Positions 10,476 to 21,402 of a DNA stretch of 64,000 bases are shown here, in pieces. The DNA lies in contig JAZRXX010000084.1 in the NCBI GenBank assembly GCA_045600485.1, positions 7,449 to 71,448 of the forward strand, given 5' to 3'. Made by a program: the position numbers and the translations under genes. Source of the stretch: Bacteroidales bacterium (GTDB lineage Bacteria; Bacteroidota; Bacteroidia; Bacteroidales; UBA3663). Numbering within the stretch: position 1 is the stretch's first letter; each line of letters starts with the position of its first letter. The notes beneath the pieces are model-generated. The model worked only from the letters and a program-made list of their open reading frames with translations, ran no database searches and had not been told where the DNA came from.

Positions 10476-11996
10476 TCAGATTTCACGTTGAACTTCAATA
10501 CCCTCGACATGAATAGCCGAGAATGGACGAGATGGACACAAGTGCTCGCATGCACCACAACCTATGCAACGTTCTTCGTTGACCGAAGGGATTTTCAATG
10601 ACTTAGAATCGTTCGGATCGGATGGGACCATTGTGATAGCTCCAGCAGGACAGTGACGAGCGCAATTGCCACATTTCACGCCATCGGTAAGAGGAATACA
10701 ATTATCTTTAATCCAAACAGCACGGCCAATTTTGAGACTAGCCTTATGTGCCATCTTCTCTTCGTGTGTCGATCCCAGAGGTTTGATTGCTCCGGCAGGA
10801 CAAACATCACTGCAGGCATGGCATTCTGGGCGACAATGGCCATTTTCGTAGCTCAATGTAGGTTGCAGATAATGCAACAAGCCGGTTGACGGTGATAACA
10901 CCCCATTCGGACAGGCTGTAACACACAACTGGCAGCCTGTACAATGTTGCTGGAGATTTTTCAAGGATAACGATCCAGGAGGACAGATGACGGTCTGTCG
11001 CTCATAGCGCTTCTTATCTTCGATTTCTCCCCAAACACCATCAACAAACTTCTCTTCAGCCTTTAACTTCGCAGCTGCAGTAACAGCAACTGCAGTAGCC
11101 AGAAATGTTCGTCTGCTGGAATCTGTATTATTCTTTTCTCCTGTCTCTACATTCTTTACACGTCCAAAAGAAATGGCATCTTTGTGACAGGCAGAAAGAC
11201 AGTCGAAGCAGTCCACACAACGAGAATTATCGATATAGGTATTCTTGGAGTCAATAGCCATGGCCTTGCATTTACGCTCACACAGACCACACTTTACACA
11301 TTTCTGTTCATCGATGTGGATTCGTAACAAAGAGCGTCGAGAAAGAACACCTAAGACGGTACCCACCGGACAGATATTGTTACAATAAAAACGGCCACCA
11401 AAAGCAGAAGATACCATTATGATGACAATTGAGACGAAGGCTGTGATAACCAGCGAAAGATTGAGGCCACTCCAAGTAACATGGTAGAATGCATAACTAT
11501 CCTGCGAAGCAGCCCAATCGGCCAGCCACTGATTGACCTGCCAAATCAAAGGACGTACCAACGAGGTAACCATGCGACCATAAGAACTGTAAGGTGCCAG
11601 CCACTGCACGATGAATCCTCCTCCCAAACACAAGGCCACAAGGAAGACAACCAAGCAGACAATACGCAGAACCTTACTCCAAGTTGGCACCCAGAAATGG
11701 TAACGTCCCAACTTGCTCTTGGACGTAAAGCGAACAACACGGTCTGCCCAATGAATGAACACATCCTGCAAAACACCCAAAGGACATACTACAGAACAAT
11801 AGATGCGACCAATTAGCAAAGTCGCAACAACCCACAAGACGACAACGCCGACATTGACTGCCATAATAGCTGGCAGAAACTGTAACTTTGCCATCCAACC
11901 CAACCAGACGTGCGTTGCGCCGGTCAAGTCACAGAAAAGAATTGTGATACTCAGCCAAAATAACAAGGCTAAAGCAACACGAAATTTCTTCAACAT
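10476..11996 (-). CDS. Membrane-anchored polyferredoxin (NapH/MauN-like 4Fe-4S binding protein)
   Basis: 506 aa. It has N-terminal TM helices with CxxC-type motifs (CSVVCPLG, CNNICPVG). These are followed by several CxxCxxCxxxCP clusters (CVKCGLCERKC, CTGCQLCVTACP, CGNCARHCP, CIGCGACEHLCP). Confidence 0.8.
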   Translation of the reverse strand: MLKKFRVALALLFWLSITILFCDLTGATHVWLGWMAKLQFLPAIMAVNVGVVVLWVVATLLIGRIYCSVVCPLGVLQDVFIHWADRVVRFTSKSKLGRYHFWVPTWSKVLRIVCLVVFLVALCLGGGFIVQWLAPYSSYGRMVTSLVRPLIWQVNQWLADWAASQDSYAFYHVTWSGLNLSLVITAFVSIVIIMVSSAFGGRFYCNNICPVGTVLGVLSRRSLLRIHIDEQKCVKCGLCERKCKAMAIDSKNTYIDNSRCVDCFDCLSACHKDAISFGRVKNVETGEKNNTDSSRRTFLATAVAVTAAAKLKAEEKFVDGVWGEIEDKKRYERQTVICPPGSLSLKNLQQHCTGCQLCVTACPNGVLSPSTGLLHYLQPTLSYENGHCRPECHACSDVCPAGAIKPLGSTHEEKMAHKASLKIGRAVWIKDNCIPLTDGVKCGNCARHCPAGAITMVPSDPNDSKSLKIPSVNEERCIGCGACEHLCPSRPFSAIHVEGIEVQREI

Positions 11997-12061
11997 GGTT
12001 AGATAGATTTGTTGTTAATAAAAAGGTTACAATTATATATGTTAGATGATAGTTCAAAAAA

Positions 12062-13237
12062 TTACGAGAACATGTTCTTGACTTTCTGGCGGAACTTATC
12101 GAACAAAGAGGGTGAAGTACCAAAATTCTTGCGAGTTTTGAGATCTGTCAGAATCTTCTTCTCTTCTTCATCAAGGTGCTCTGGCACATAAACACCGATA
12201 TTGACAATCATATCGCCCTTTCGTCCACTGCGACCATAAGGGTCAAGTGTTGGCACACCTTTACCTTGAAGACGCATCTGTGTGTTTGGTTGTGTACCTG
12301 GAGCAATCTTGATGGTAGTTGTTCCTTCCACCAATGGAATCTCAACTTCTCCACCCAATGCAGCAGTCGGGAAATCAAGCAAAAGTGAATATATCAAAGT
12401 ATCATCTTGACGAATAAATTGATTCTGATGCTCCTCTTCAATCAATACAAACAAATCGCCTTTAGCGCCACCATGACGACCAGCATTTCCGTAACCGGAC
12501 ATATTGAGCTGCATACCCTCTGCTACACCTGCAGGAATCTTGATGGTTACAGTCTCCTCGCCCATTACGACACCCTCGCCATTACAATGCTGGCAACGAG
12601 TTTTTATCTTTTTGCCAGTTCCCTGACAATCTGGACATACAGCTTCGCTTTGAGCAATACCGAAAATGGTTCGAACTTGTTTCATAACACGTCCAAGACC
12701 ATGGCATTTCGGGCAAGTTTCATACTCTGTCCCATCTTTGGCACCAGTTCCATTACAATGTGAACAAGCAACATATTTCTTCAGTTTTAGATGCTTCTCG
12801 ACTCCATTTTGAACATCAGCCAAGGATACTTTGACACGAACACGTATATTCGATCCTCGATTAACAGTCGTATCATCATCATCTCCACCAAAAGAGAAAC
12901 TAAAACTAGAACCATTTCCTCCAGCACCACCGCCAAAAAAGGAATTGAAAATATCAAAAGGATTGAATCCAGAACCTCCACCTCCGAAGCCGGCACCAGG
13001 GTCGTTGAAACCAAACTGGTCGTAACGAGCACGTTTTTGAGAATCGCTCAACACTTCGTATGCCTCGGCACACTGTTTGAAGTTGTCTTCTGCCTCTTTC
13101 TTCTCGGCATCGGATTTGCCATTCTGTCTATCTGGATGATATTTAACAGCTAATTTTCGATATGCTTTTTTAATTTCTTCATCACTGGCATTTTTGTCAA
13201 CGCCAAGCACTTCATAATAATCTCTTTTCTCTGCCAT
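12062..13237 (-). CDS. dnaJ: Molecular chaperone DnaJ
   Basis: It has a J-domain HPD (KYHPDRQ), a G/F-rich linker, and four CxxCxGxG repeats ([32 protein letters not shown]). Confidence 0.95.
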   Translation of the reverse strand: MAEKRDYYEVLGVDKNASDEEIKKAYRKLAVKYHPDRQNGKSDAEKKEAEDNFKQCAEAYEVLSDSQKRARYDQFGFNDPGAGFGGGGSGFNPFDIFNSFFGGGAGGNGSSFSFSFGGDDDDTTVNRGSNIRVRVKVSLADVQNGVEKHLKLKKYVACSHCNGTGAKDGTEYETCPKCHGLGRVMKQVRTIFGIAQSEAVCPDCQGTGKKIKTRCQHCNGEGVVMGEETVTIKIPAGVAEGMQLNMSGYGNAGRHGGAKGDLFVLIEEEHQNQFIRQDDTLIYSLLLDFPTAALGGEVEIPLVEGTTTIKIAPGTQPNTQMRLQGKGVPTLDPYGRSGRKGDMIVNIGVYVPEHLDEEEKKILTDLKTRKNFGTSPSLFDKFRQKVKNMFS

Positions 13238-13240
13238 GTT

Positions 13241-13810
13241 TTATTTAACCTTAAAAATCGTACACAATTCTTCGAAACGCATAACGCTTTCTGGACCAAA
13301 TTTCTGCACAGATGCCTTGACCCGCTCTAACGTTTTTTCTTTCTCCGGCGAAGATTTCGAATAGAATTTATCTGCCAGACAAACCAACTTTTCCTCCAAT
13401 GTTTCTGGCACCAAATCACAATCGAGAGGTAACGGAAGATTCTGCTTCTGGATATCATTGCGAGTCAACCCTGTTCCGGTATGACGTTCGCAAATACGAG
13501 CACATGCTTCCATATCCAAGCCGGTTTCTTGTCCATACTGACGCAACATATCAGCCCCCTTGGTTCCATGCAGCAGATAGGGTTCTTTACCTTCACAATG
13601 AATGCCAGGAGCATCACACTGTATGATTCCTATGTCGTGCAAGAGGGCACCGTCGTTGACCGATTGAACATCAATATCCAAACCTCTCAACTCTGGATTG
13701 CCCAAAATCGAGAGCGCTTTGTCCCTGACCTGAGTGCTATGCAGAATCAAAAGACGCCTAAGAGGCGTATCTTCTGGATAAAAATGGCGTATAACGTCTA
13801 AAGCAACCAT
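13241..13810 (-). CDS. HD/HDIG-domain phosphohydrolase
   Basis: 189 aa with the LLHDIGI motif. It lies immediately upstream of dnaJ, separated by 3 nt. Confidence 0.8.
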   Translation of the reverse strand: MVALDVIRHFYPEDTPLRRLLILHSTQVRDKALSILGNPELRGLDIDVQSVNDGALLHDIGIIQCDAPGIHCEGKEPYLLHGTKGADMLRQYGQETGLDMEACARICERHTGTGLTRNDIQKQNLPLPLDCDLVPETLEEKLVCLADKFYSKSSPEKEKTLERVKASVQKFGPESVMRFEELCTIFKVK

Positions 13811-13905
13811 GTATTTTTCTTATTTTTGCAAAATAATTTTGAATATTGATTTTTTTTTATTTACTTTGCGCCGCAAATATAATTAATTATTTTTAAATAG
13901 CGCAC

Positions 13906-15138
13906 ATGAGTGGCAAGTTTTCGTCTTTTTTGATCGTTTTAGCCTATTTTTTAGTACAGATGACATCCTGTACAGCGCAAATTAGCAATCCAGATACCAA
14001 ATCCGAGGTTACACAATCTGCCCAAATGCCCCTTCGGACTGGTGCTGAACAGATGACAAAATATCTTCCTCTATTGCAAGACAAGAAGGTCGCAATGCTT
14101 GTCAACCAAACTTCGATTGTTCCCGATATTTCAAGCAAGAACATTCCGTTGGTTGACTCATTGATTAGCGCCGAAATTGACATTCGTTTTTTAATGGCTC
14201 CAGAACACGGATTGAAAGGCATATTGAGTGCTGGTGCTACCGTTGGCGATGCAAGATATGGGAAATTACAAGACCTCCAGGTATATTCACTTTATGGAAA
14301 AAACAAGAAGCCACAAAGCGAATGGCTCGATTCTGTCGATTGTGTTGTTTTTGATATTCAGGACGTAGGTTGTCGATTCTACACTTATCTTTCGACTCTA
14401 TACTATCTGCTCGAAGCCTGTGGTGAGACAGGTACCGACGTTATCATACTCGATCGTCCCAATCCACAAGATACCATTGATGGTCCTGTTCTTGAACCCA
14501 AATTCCAATCCTTTGTCGGGATGGTTCCAGTTCCGTTACTGCATGGCTGTACTTTAGGAGAATTGGCGATGATGATGAAAGGTGAAGGATGGGTAAAGAC
14601 TGTCAAATCCTACAACCTGACAGTTATTCCTTGCCAAGGGTGGAAACATGGAGATGATTATTCTTTGCCTGTTGCCCCCTCTCCTAATTTACGAACCGAC
14701 CACGCCATTCGAATCTATCCAAGTCTTTGTCTTTTTGAGGCTACAGACATCAGTGTTGGCAGAGGAACAGACTGTCCTTTCGAAGTTCTCGGACACCCAC
14801 AGATGAATGGGGAGTTTACTTTTACCCCCCAGCATTGTGAATCAGCCACACATCCGTTACAGGAAAACAAACTCTGTCACGGATATGATTTGCGTAATAT
14901 AACAGTCGAAAAAGGATTCCATTTGCAATGGTTACTTGATTGCCACCAGCAGTTTGCTACGTCACAGCAACCCACTGGTTGGATTAAACAAAATACCTTC
15001 TTTGACAGACTTGCCGGTACAAATCAATTACGACAGATGATCGCCGAAGGCAAGAGTGAGGAGATCATTCGATCCACTTGGCAAGAGAATTTGACACAAT
15101 ATCGAAACATACGTGCCAAGTATCTGCTTTATCCGTAG
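13906..15138 (+). CDS. DUF1343-family protein (NamZ-like exo-beta-N-acetylmuramidase candidate)
   Basis: It has a signal/lipoprotein-like N-terminus. The motifs VAMLVNQTSIV and FDIQDVGCRFYTYLSTL are characteristic of DUF1343. Confidence 0.8.
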   Translation: MSGKFSSFLIVLAYFLVQMTSCTAQISNPDTKSEVTQSAQMPLRTGAEQMTKYLPLLQDKKVAMLVNQTSIVPDISSKNIPLVDSLISAEIDIRFLMAPEHGLKGILSAGATVGDARYGKLQDLQVYSLYGKNKKPQSEWLDSVDCVVFDIQDVGCRFYTYLSTLYYLLEACGETGTDVIILDRPNPQDTIDGPVLEPKFQSFVGMVPVPLLHGCTLGELAMMMKGEGWVKTVKSYNLTVIPCQGWKHGDDYSLPVAPSPNLRTDHAIRIYPSLCLFEATDISVGRGTDCPFEVLGHPQMNGEFTFTPQHCESATHPLQENKLCHGYDLRNITVEKGFHLQWLLDCHQQFATSQQPTGWIKQNTFFDRLAGTNQLRQMIAEGKSEEIIRSTWQENLTQYRNIRAKYLLYP

Positions 15139-15211
15139 CATGTTGCTTTGATTTTATTGTTAATTTATTTTCGTTCCATTCTGCATTTTTACTTATATTT
15201 TGCATCGCTTA

Positions 15212-18200
15212 ATGACCATATTCAAGAATTTATTGCATGTCGTGGCTATCACGGCAGGTATTCTTGTACTGGTTCTTTATGTTTTTTTACATTACAATCT
15301 TGCTGGACTGATTGTTGAAAATGATATCCAGCAAAAACTGACCGAAAAACTTCAGGCACGTGTAGAAATTGGAGAAATTGAGGTAACTTGGACCAACCAG
15401 ATAGCAATGAACCAGATTGTTATCTATGACCAGAAAGAGGACACTCTTCTCTACGCTCGTCGTGCTATGATAGCCCTCGAAATTGGCCCATTGCTCAACC
15501 AACAGTTAATTGTCAATACCATCCAATTGATCGATTTTGATTTGTTTGTGCGCAAAGAATCTCCCGATGCCAATACAAATTATCTATTCTTGGTCGAAGC
15601 CTTGATGCCAAAGCAGGAAGACCAACAGCGAAAGTTTCTTAACGATATCTCGATTCATGCCTTATTGTTGCGACAAGGAAAGGTTTCATACGATGTTCTT
15701 GACCAGCCATACAATACACATCCAACCATACCAGATCACAATCACATTTCATTCAGCGATTTGAGTGCCCGCCTGGAATTGGAGGTATCACACAAGACCG
15801 GATTGGAACTTAATCTAAAGCGAATGTCATGGAAGGAGAAATGTGGTATCGTTCTCCAGAATCTGAAGGGTAAGGGATATCTTGTAGCTGATAGCATTCG
15901 TCTAGAAAATATCTCTATAGAGATGACTCACGTGGTATCGGATGGCACAATATGTCAACTGGAAACTCACGGACAAGCACAAATCTTCGATGATTCGCTC
16001 TCGCTTCAAATCAACAATTTCGATCTGGAAGCAGATACTTGGGGAGAACTCCATGCCAGACTACAAATCGATACCAGATTAGATTCGATAGCCCAAAACA
16101 GTTATGAAGCAGAATTCATCAACAGCCACATTTCGAATGTAGGCTTTTCGTCAATTGCCAATGCTTTCGAATTTAAGCTTCCGAATGAAATACAAACATG
16201 GATTGGCCAAATTGAAGAACTCCATTGGCAGGGCGTCATTACTGGGAGTGATACCCAAAACTACCAGTACAAGGGTGACATCTCAACTAAGGGGGTATTC
16301 TCAAGTCGATTGACAACAAATATAAATTATCAGGCAGAGAATGTTCAGCCTTTAACCATTACTCTCAATGGTCAAATTCCGTCCATCGCCTATTTGGACC
16401 ATACCTACAGAAATCTATCTATCGAAGGTCTATACAACGGACAAGAACTGATTGCTGACTTCGATAGCCAAGACCCCATGCTTGTTGCTTTTGGCCATGC
16501 AGAAATAGCATTCAACTCAGACGAAACAAACGTACAAGGTTATGCCGACATCCAACGTGTGAATCCGTATCAAATTCATTTGTCTGAATTGTCAAATCTT
16601 GAAGGACTGAATTTTCGTGGTATCGTGCAAATGGACATCTCAATTCCTCAATCATTCAATACCGAGAATCTGTCATTCAATTTGAACAACTATCCTACTG
16701 GAACAATTCGCATTGATTCTTTACAGATATCAAATAGATCAGAAATCGTCAATTTGGGAACAACACGTATGACAATGCAACGAGAACAGGGTTCGAACGT
16801 ATTTGCCGTTGTTTCTCCTATTGCCAATATCGTTGGTACCCAGACCTCGATTATTGGATATCTACCAACCAATCCTCAATTCTCACATATTCTGAAATTT
16901 CCAGGAGAGTTGGCTCAAGACATGACTATACAGGCAGAATGGGATACTCTCAGAAATCATATCTCTATCAATGCGTCGATTCCTGAATGGAAGCAAGACG
17001 AAGCATCGTACAGTGTTCTTCTAAAAGGTGAAGGCCAAACCACAAAAGAAAGCCCGATGCCGACTTTGATGGAAGCAAATGTTCAGTTGGCCTACAAAAA
17101 TGAAACTCATGAACTTTTTTCTAGCCTGACAATGAACTATGAGCCAGATCCGATGATTATCCAACTGGCGCCATCAACACTTACGATCGACGGGAAACAG
17201 TTTAACACCACCAATGCTGTACTTCGACAGCAAGATAAAGAGTCTTACAAACTGGATAATCTGTTAGTTGAAGACCAGGACCAGAAGCTTGAAATCTCGG
17301 GCATATTTGGCTATAGTCAAGGAATGAATATGGAGGTCCGACTCGACAAATGGCAGTTGGATTTCTTTCTGGATATGCTCCAAAAAGATTATCTTGATTT
17401 CGGTGGTTACGCTTCTGGCGATATTAGGCTGTTTCGCGATTCCACATTACAGTTCAAGACCTATTCTCTCGCCATTACAGATTTTACCTACATCGGAAAA
17501 CGTCTTGGAGATGGCGACCTGACATGCTTCTGCGATCTTGACAAGGGAAAACTGAAATTTATTGCAGACATCGAAAGTTATCCAGGTCACCATACCAATG
17601 CAGAATGTGATGTTAGGTTGCACGAAGTGCACGACAGCATCGATTTGAGAGTCCAAATGGATTCGTTACCAATTGAGTTTCTCTCCTATTGGGTTGGCGG
17701 TGTCACCCAAGACCTGCATGGGCACGGTACAGGTGAAGCCCGTTTGTTCGGTGACTGCGATTCGCTTCATTTGGTCGGCAATCCATTGCTTCAGAACGTA
17801 AACTTTACCAACGATCTGCTTGGCGCACGATTCTTTATCACCGATACAATCAACTTGACCAGTAATATGGACACGGGGAAGGGATTTATCGGCTTGAACA
17901 ATGTTACTGTCCGAGACCGCAATGGGCAAAAGGCTATCCTCACGCTTGATCTTGAACACAAGTACCTCCATAACATTGAGTATGGTCTCGATCTTGATAT
18001 TCCTGAGTCCAATCAGGGATTCCTTCTCTATGATCACCCGACACAAAACAATGGAGAACTATATTGGGGACGATTATGGGCTACTGGGCGATGTCAGATG
18101 CATGGGACATATTCGCACCATCGAATCAATGTTCAGATGTCGCCATCGGGACGTTCCATTTTCAATTTGTCTCCAGGTGAAGAGAATTTTACAGACAATG

Positions 18201-19321
18201 CCTATAATTTCCTGACCTTCCGCGACAAGACCAAATTAGAGAAAGAAGAGGAAATCAATCTGCAAGCACTTCTCTCGCGTACATTATATAATAAAGAAGA
18301 AGAAGATAATGAACCGACCTATATTGAGGCCGATTTGCTCATTCATGCCAACGAACATTGTCAAGTCTATGTACAATTGGATCCATTGGCTGAAGATCGT
18401 TTGATTTGTCGTGGTAATGGCGATTTGGCGTTACATTATGATCCTCATCATGACTTGGCTTTGACGGGCAATTACGATATTACGTCCGGCTCCTACACCG
18501 TTACGATGAAGGGAGACGTGATGACCAAGGCATTTCAATTACAACCAGGCAGTCGCGTAACCTTTCCTGGTCTTCCCAGCGATGCAGAGTTGAACCTTAA
18601 AGCAATCTACAATATACCATCAGCCAATCTCAAGGATTTGGACGAAAGCTTTGCTTCATTGGCAAGTTTAAGCCGTACAACTCTGCCCGTTGACTGCAAA
18701 TTGAATGTAACCGGACCGATTACTGCGCCACAGATTGCTTTTGATTTGGAGGTAAAAAATACATCCGATGATGTTCAAGCTTTAGTTCACAACATTATCG
18801 GCACACAAGAAATGCTCAACCGTGAGGTTTTCTACCTATTACTCTTTTCGAAGTTCTATACGCCAGAATATGCTTCGACCTCGCAGCGGCAGACAGGTTC
18901 AGAACTTACTTCATTCGCAAGTTCATCACTCACCTCCCAATTGAACAATTTATTAGGACACATGAGCGACAACTTTACATTAGGTACCAATTTCCGCAGC
19001 GACAAGGGTGATTTTTCTGACATGGAGATGGACTTTTCCGTTTCTACTCGTTTGCTCAATGACCGTTTGCTGATGACAGGAAACCTTGGATATCGTGATC
19101 CAGCCAATTCAATCGGTCTCAACAATACCAACAACACTTTTATTGGAGACTTCGATGTTGAATTTCTAATCAACACCAAAGGAACAATTCGAGCAAAGGC
19201 ATATAGTCACTATAACGAGCGTGATTATTCCATCAACAATGCGCTTACAACCCAAGGTATAGGTATTGTACTCCGAAAAGACTTCAAATCTATATATGAT
19301 TTATTAAAACGCAAACAATAG
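15212..19321 (+). CDS. TamB-like translocation/assembly module protein (giant envelope-spanning protein)
   Basis: About 1,369 aa from ATG 15212 (the track uses TTG 15200). It has a single N-terminal TM anchor, a long beta-rich body and a DUF490-like C-terminus. Confidence 0.75.
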   Translation: MTIFKNLLHVVAITAGILVLVLYVFLHYNLAGLIVENDIQQKLTEKLQARVEIGEIEVTWTNQIAMNQIVIYDQKEDTLLYARRAMIALEIGPLLNQQLIVNTIQLIDFDLFVRKESPDANTNYLFLVEALMPKQEDQQRKFLNDISIHALLLRQGKVSYDVLDQPYNTHPTIPDHNHISFSDLSARLELEVSHKTGLELNLKRMSWKEKCGIVLQNLKGKGYLVADSIRLENISIEMTHVVSDGTICQLETHGQAQIFDDSLSLQINNFDLEADTWGELHARLQIDTRLDSIAQNSYEAEFINSHISNVGFSSIANAFEFKLPNEIQTWIGQIEELHWQGVITGSDTQNYQYKGDISTKGVFSSRLTTNINYQAENVQPLTITLNGQIPSIAYLDHTYRNLSIEGLYNGQELIADFDSQDPMLVAFGHAEIAFNSDETNVQGYADIQRVNPYQIHLSELSNLEGLNFRGIVQMDISIPQSFNTENLSFNLNNYPTGTIRIDSLQISNRSEIVNLGTTRMTMQREQGSNVFAVVSPIANIVGTQTSIIGYLPTNPQFSHILKFPGELAQDMTIQAEWDTLRNHISINASIPEWKQDEASYSVLLKGEGQTTKESPMPTLMEANVQLAYKNETHELFSSLTMNYEPDPMIIQLAPSTLTIDGKQFNTTNAVLRQQDKESYKLDNLLVEDQDQKLEISGIFGYSQGMNMEVRLDKWQLDFFLDMLQKDYLDFGGYASGDIRLFRDSTLQFKTYSLAITDFTYIGKRLGDGDLTCFCDLDKGKLKFIADIESYPGHHTNAECDVRLHEVHDSIDLRVQMDSLPIEFLSYWVGGVTQDLHGHGTGEARLFGDCDSLHLVGNPLLQNVNFTNDLLGARFFITDTINLTSNMDTGKGFIGLNNVTVRDRNGQKAILTLDLEHKYLHNIEYGLDLDIPESNQGFLLYDHPTQNNGELYWGRLWATGRCQMHGTYSHHRINVQMSPSGRSIFNLSPGEENFTDNAYNFLTFRDKTKLEKEEEINLQALLSRTLYNKEEEDNEPTYIEADLLIHANEHCQVYVQLDPLAEDRLICRGNGDLALHYDPHHDLALTGNYDITSGSYTVTMKGDVMTKAFQLQPGSRVTFPGLPSDAELNLKAIYNIPSANLKDLDESFASLASLSRTTLPVDCKLNVTGPITAPQIAFDLEVKNTSDDVQALVHNIIGTQEMLNREVFYLLLFSKFYTPEYASTSQRQTGSELTSFASSSLTSQLNNLLGHMSDNFTLGTNFRSDKGDFSDMEMDFSVSTRLLNDRLLMTGNLGYRDPANSIGLNNTNNTFIGDFDVEFLINTKGTIRAKAYSHYNERDYSINNALTTQGIGIVLRKDFKSIYDLLKRKQ

Positions 19322-19397
19322 ATAGCAGAATAAGCGAAATTCCCGCTACTTGGCCTATTTCTTCTTACCAAAAAGCTGGTATTTGAATTTTTATTTC

Positions 19398-19405
19398 TAT
19401 ATTTG
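19398..19405 (+). promoter_or_regulatory. Bacteroidetes-type -7 box TAnnTTTG (rho, leader of about 77 nt)
   Basis: TATATTTG. The leader contains the small hairpin TACTCA-ttt-GAGTA. Confidence 0.4.
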
Positions 19406-19482
19406 CAGTGCTTTTACGAAGCATTCCCCCTTGATTTTACTTATTTACTACAAAAATACTCATTTGAGTAAGTACGCTTGAT

Positions 19483-21399
19483 ATGTACACTTTCGAACAA
19501 CTTAATTTATTGAATGACATGGAACTGCTCCAAATGGCGCAGGTCCTCAATATCAATGCAGCGAAATTCGAGTCCAGAGAACAAGGCATAGAATATATGC
19601 TGGGAGAACTTCAGGAATGCATTGCAATCACTTCTGAGAAAAAACGAGGTCGCAAATCCATTGCTCAACAAAATGCAGAAAATGCACTTCGGACACTGAA
19701 CGAAATCCTTGACTCCAAAACAGACATTCCAGAAACTGAACCAAATTCGGCAGAACCTATTCAACCAGAAGTCGCACCTTTAGTAGAAGAACTACCTATT
19801 CAAGAAGAGATTCCTTTTGATCAGGACTCTCAGTATCCAGAAGAGGGAGATTATGCTGATGAATATGGAGAGCCATACGACGATCAGCAGATGCCATTCG
19901 ATCCGAACCAATATCCGGAAGATGAATACATAGAAGAGCCATATAATGAGCAAGATCAGTATTCTGACGAAGGATTTGAAGCACAAGGCTACCAAGACAG
20001 TTATCAGCCCTATCAAGATGAAGACACCCTGCAGCTTATGCAGAACAACAAGAATGCCTTCAACGATCTGTTCAGCTATACATCTCGTGCTCATAACGAA
20101 CGTAAGCAGCAAAAACTTGCCAAGCAGCAGAAACAGCAGCAAAAGCAACAAAAAAAGCAACAAAAACAACAACAGCAGCAAAATCAGCAAACAGAAACCA
20201 AGCCACAGCCAACACCTGAGCCAGAAGTTGCACAGATTGAGGAAAATCAGATTCCTGCAATGCCTCGTGAAGAATTTTCTGGTGTTTTGGAAGGAGAAGG
20301 TGTATTGGAGGTTATGCCAGATGGTTTCGGTTTCCTCCGCTCTTCTGACTATAATTATTTCTCGTCTCCTGATGACATCTTTGTCACTCAGCTACAGATC
20401 AAACTCTATAACTTAAAGCAGGGAGATGTTGTTCGTGGTCCAATCCGTCCACCACATGAAGGCGAACACAATTATCCGTTGGTTGACGTATCATCCATCA
20501 ATGGCCGTAGCACAGAATTTGCCCGTGACCGTGTTCCATTCGAACACCTCACCCCTCTTTTCCCAAATGAAAAGTTCAAACTGTGCAAGGGTCATGATGA
20601 TAGTCATGCCTGTCGCGTAATTGATATGTTTGCACCTATCGGTAAAGGACAGCGTGCACTTATTGTAGCTCCACCAAAGGCTGGTAAAACCGTTTTGCTC
20701 AAGGAGGTAGCCAATGCAATTGCATACAACCATCCAGAGGTCTATATGATCATTCTTTTGATTGACGAACGTCCTGAGGAGGTAACAGATATGCAGCGTA
20801 GCGTTAATGCTGAAGTTATTGCCTCTACCTTCGATGAACCAGCAGATCGTCATGTTAAGGTCGCAGACATGGTAATCGAAAAGGCGAAACGTCTCACTGA
20901 ATGTGGCCACGATGTGGTTATACTTCTGGATTCCATCACGCGTCTTGCTCGTGCATATAATACAGTATCACCTTCATCCGGTAAAGTTCTTTCTGGTGGT
21001 GTTGAAGCCAATGCCTTGCAGAAGCCCAAACGATTCTTTGGTGCTGCCCGTAAGATTGAAAATGGCGGTTCTTTGACTATCATTGCAACGGCCTTGATTG
21101 AAACCGGAAGCAAGATGGATGAAGTTATCTTTGAGGAATTCAAGGGTACTGGCAATATGGAACTTGTTCTCGATCGCAAAATTGCCAACAAGCGCATCTG
21201 GCCAGCAGTCGATCTTCTTGCCTCTTCTACCCGTCGCGATGACCTCTTGCTCGAAGATGCCGTACTCCGTCGAATGTGGATTTTACGTCGTCATCTGGCC
21301 GAACACATGCCAGTCGAGGCTATGGAAGAATTGTCGAAACTGCTCATGAATACCCAGAACAACGACGATTTGTTAATGTCTTCAATGTCGAAATTCTAA
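19483..21399 (+). CDS. rho: Transcription termination factor Rho with a long acidic/Gln-rich N-terminal insertion
   Basis: It has a C-terminal RecA-type ATPase (Walker A PPKAGKTV) and a CSD-like RNA-binding segment ([14 protein letters not shown]). About 200 aa of low-complexity sequence, including [28 protein letters not shown], sits between the N-terminal helix bundle and the CSD. Confidence 0.95.
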   Translation: MYTFEQLNLLNDMELLQMAQVLNINAAKFESREQGIEYMLGELQECIAITSEKKRGRKSIAQQNAENALRTLNEILDSKTDIPETEPNSAEPIQPEVAPLVEELPIQEEIPFDQDSQYPEEGDYADEYGEPYDDQQMPFDPNQYPEDEYIEEPYNEQDQYSDEGFEAQGYQDSYQPYQDEDTLQLMQNNKNAFNDLFSYTSRAHNERKQQKLAKQQKQQQKQQKKQQKQQQQQNQQTETKPQPTPEPEVAQIEENQIPAMPREEFSGVLEGEGVLEVMPDGFGFLRSSDYNYFSSPDDIFVTQLQIKLYNLKQGDVVRGPIRPPHEGEHNYPLVDVSSINGRSTEFARDRVPFEHLTPLFPNEKFKLCKGHDDSHACRVIDMFAPIGKGQRALIVAPPKAGKTVLLKEVANAIAYNHPEVYMIILLIDERPEEVTDMQRSVNAEVIASTFDEPADRHVKVADMVIEKAKRLTECGHDVVILLDSITRLARAYNTVSPSSGKVLSGGVEANALQKPKRFFGAARKIENGGSLTIIATALIETGSKMDEVIFEEFKGTGNMELVLDRKIANKRIWPAVDLLASSTRRDDLLLEDAVLRRMWILRRHLAEHMPVEAMEELSKLLMNTQNNDDLLMSSMSKF

Positions 21400-21402
21400 C
21401 GA

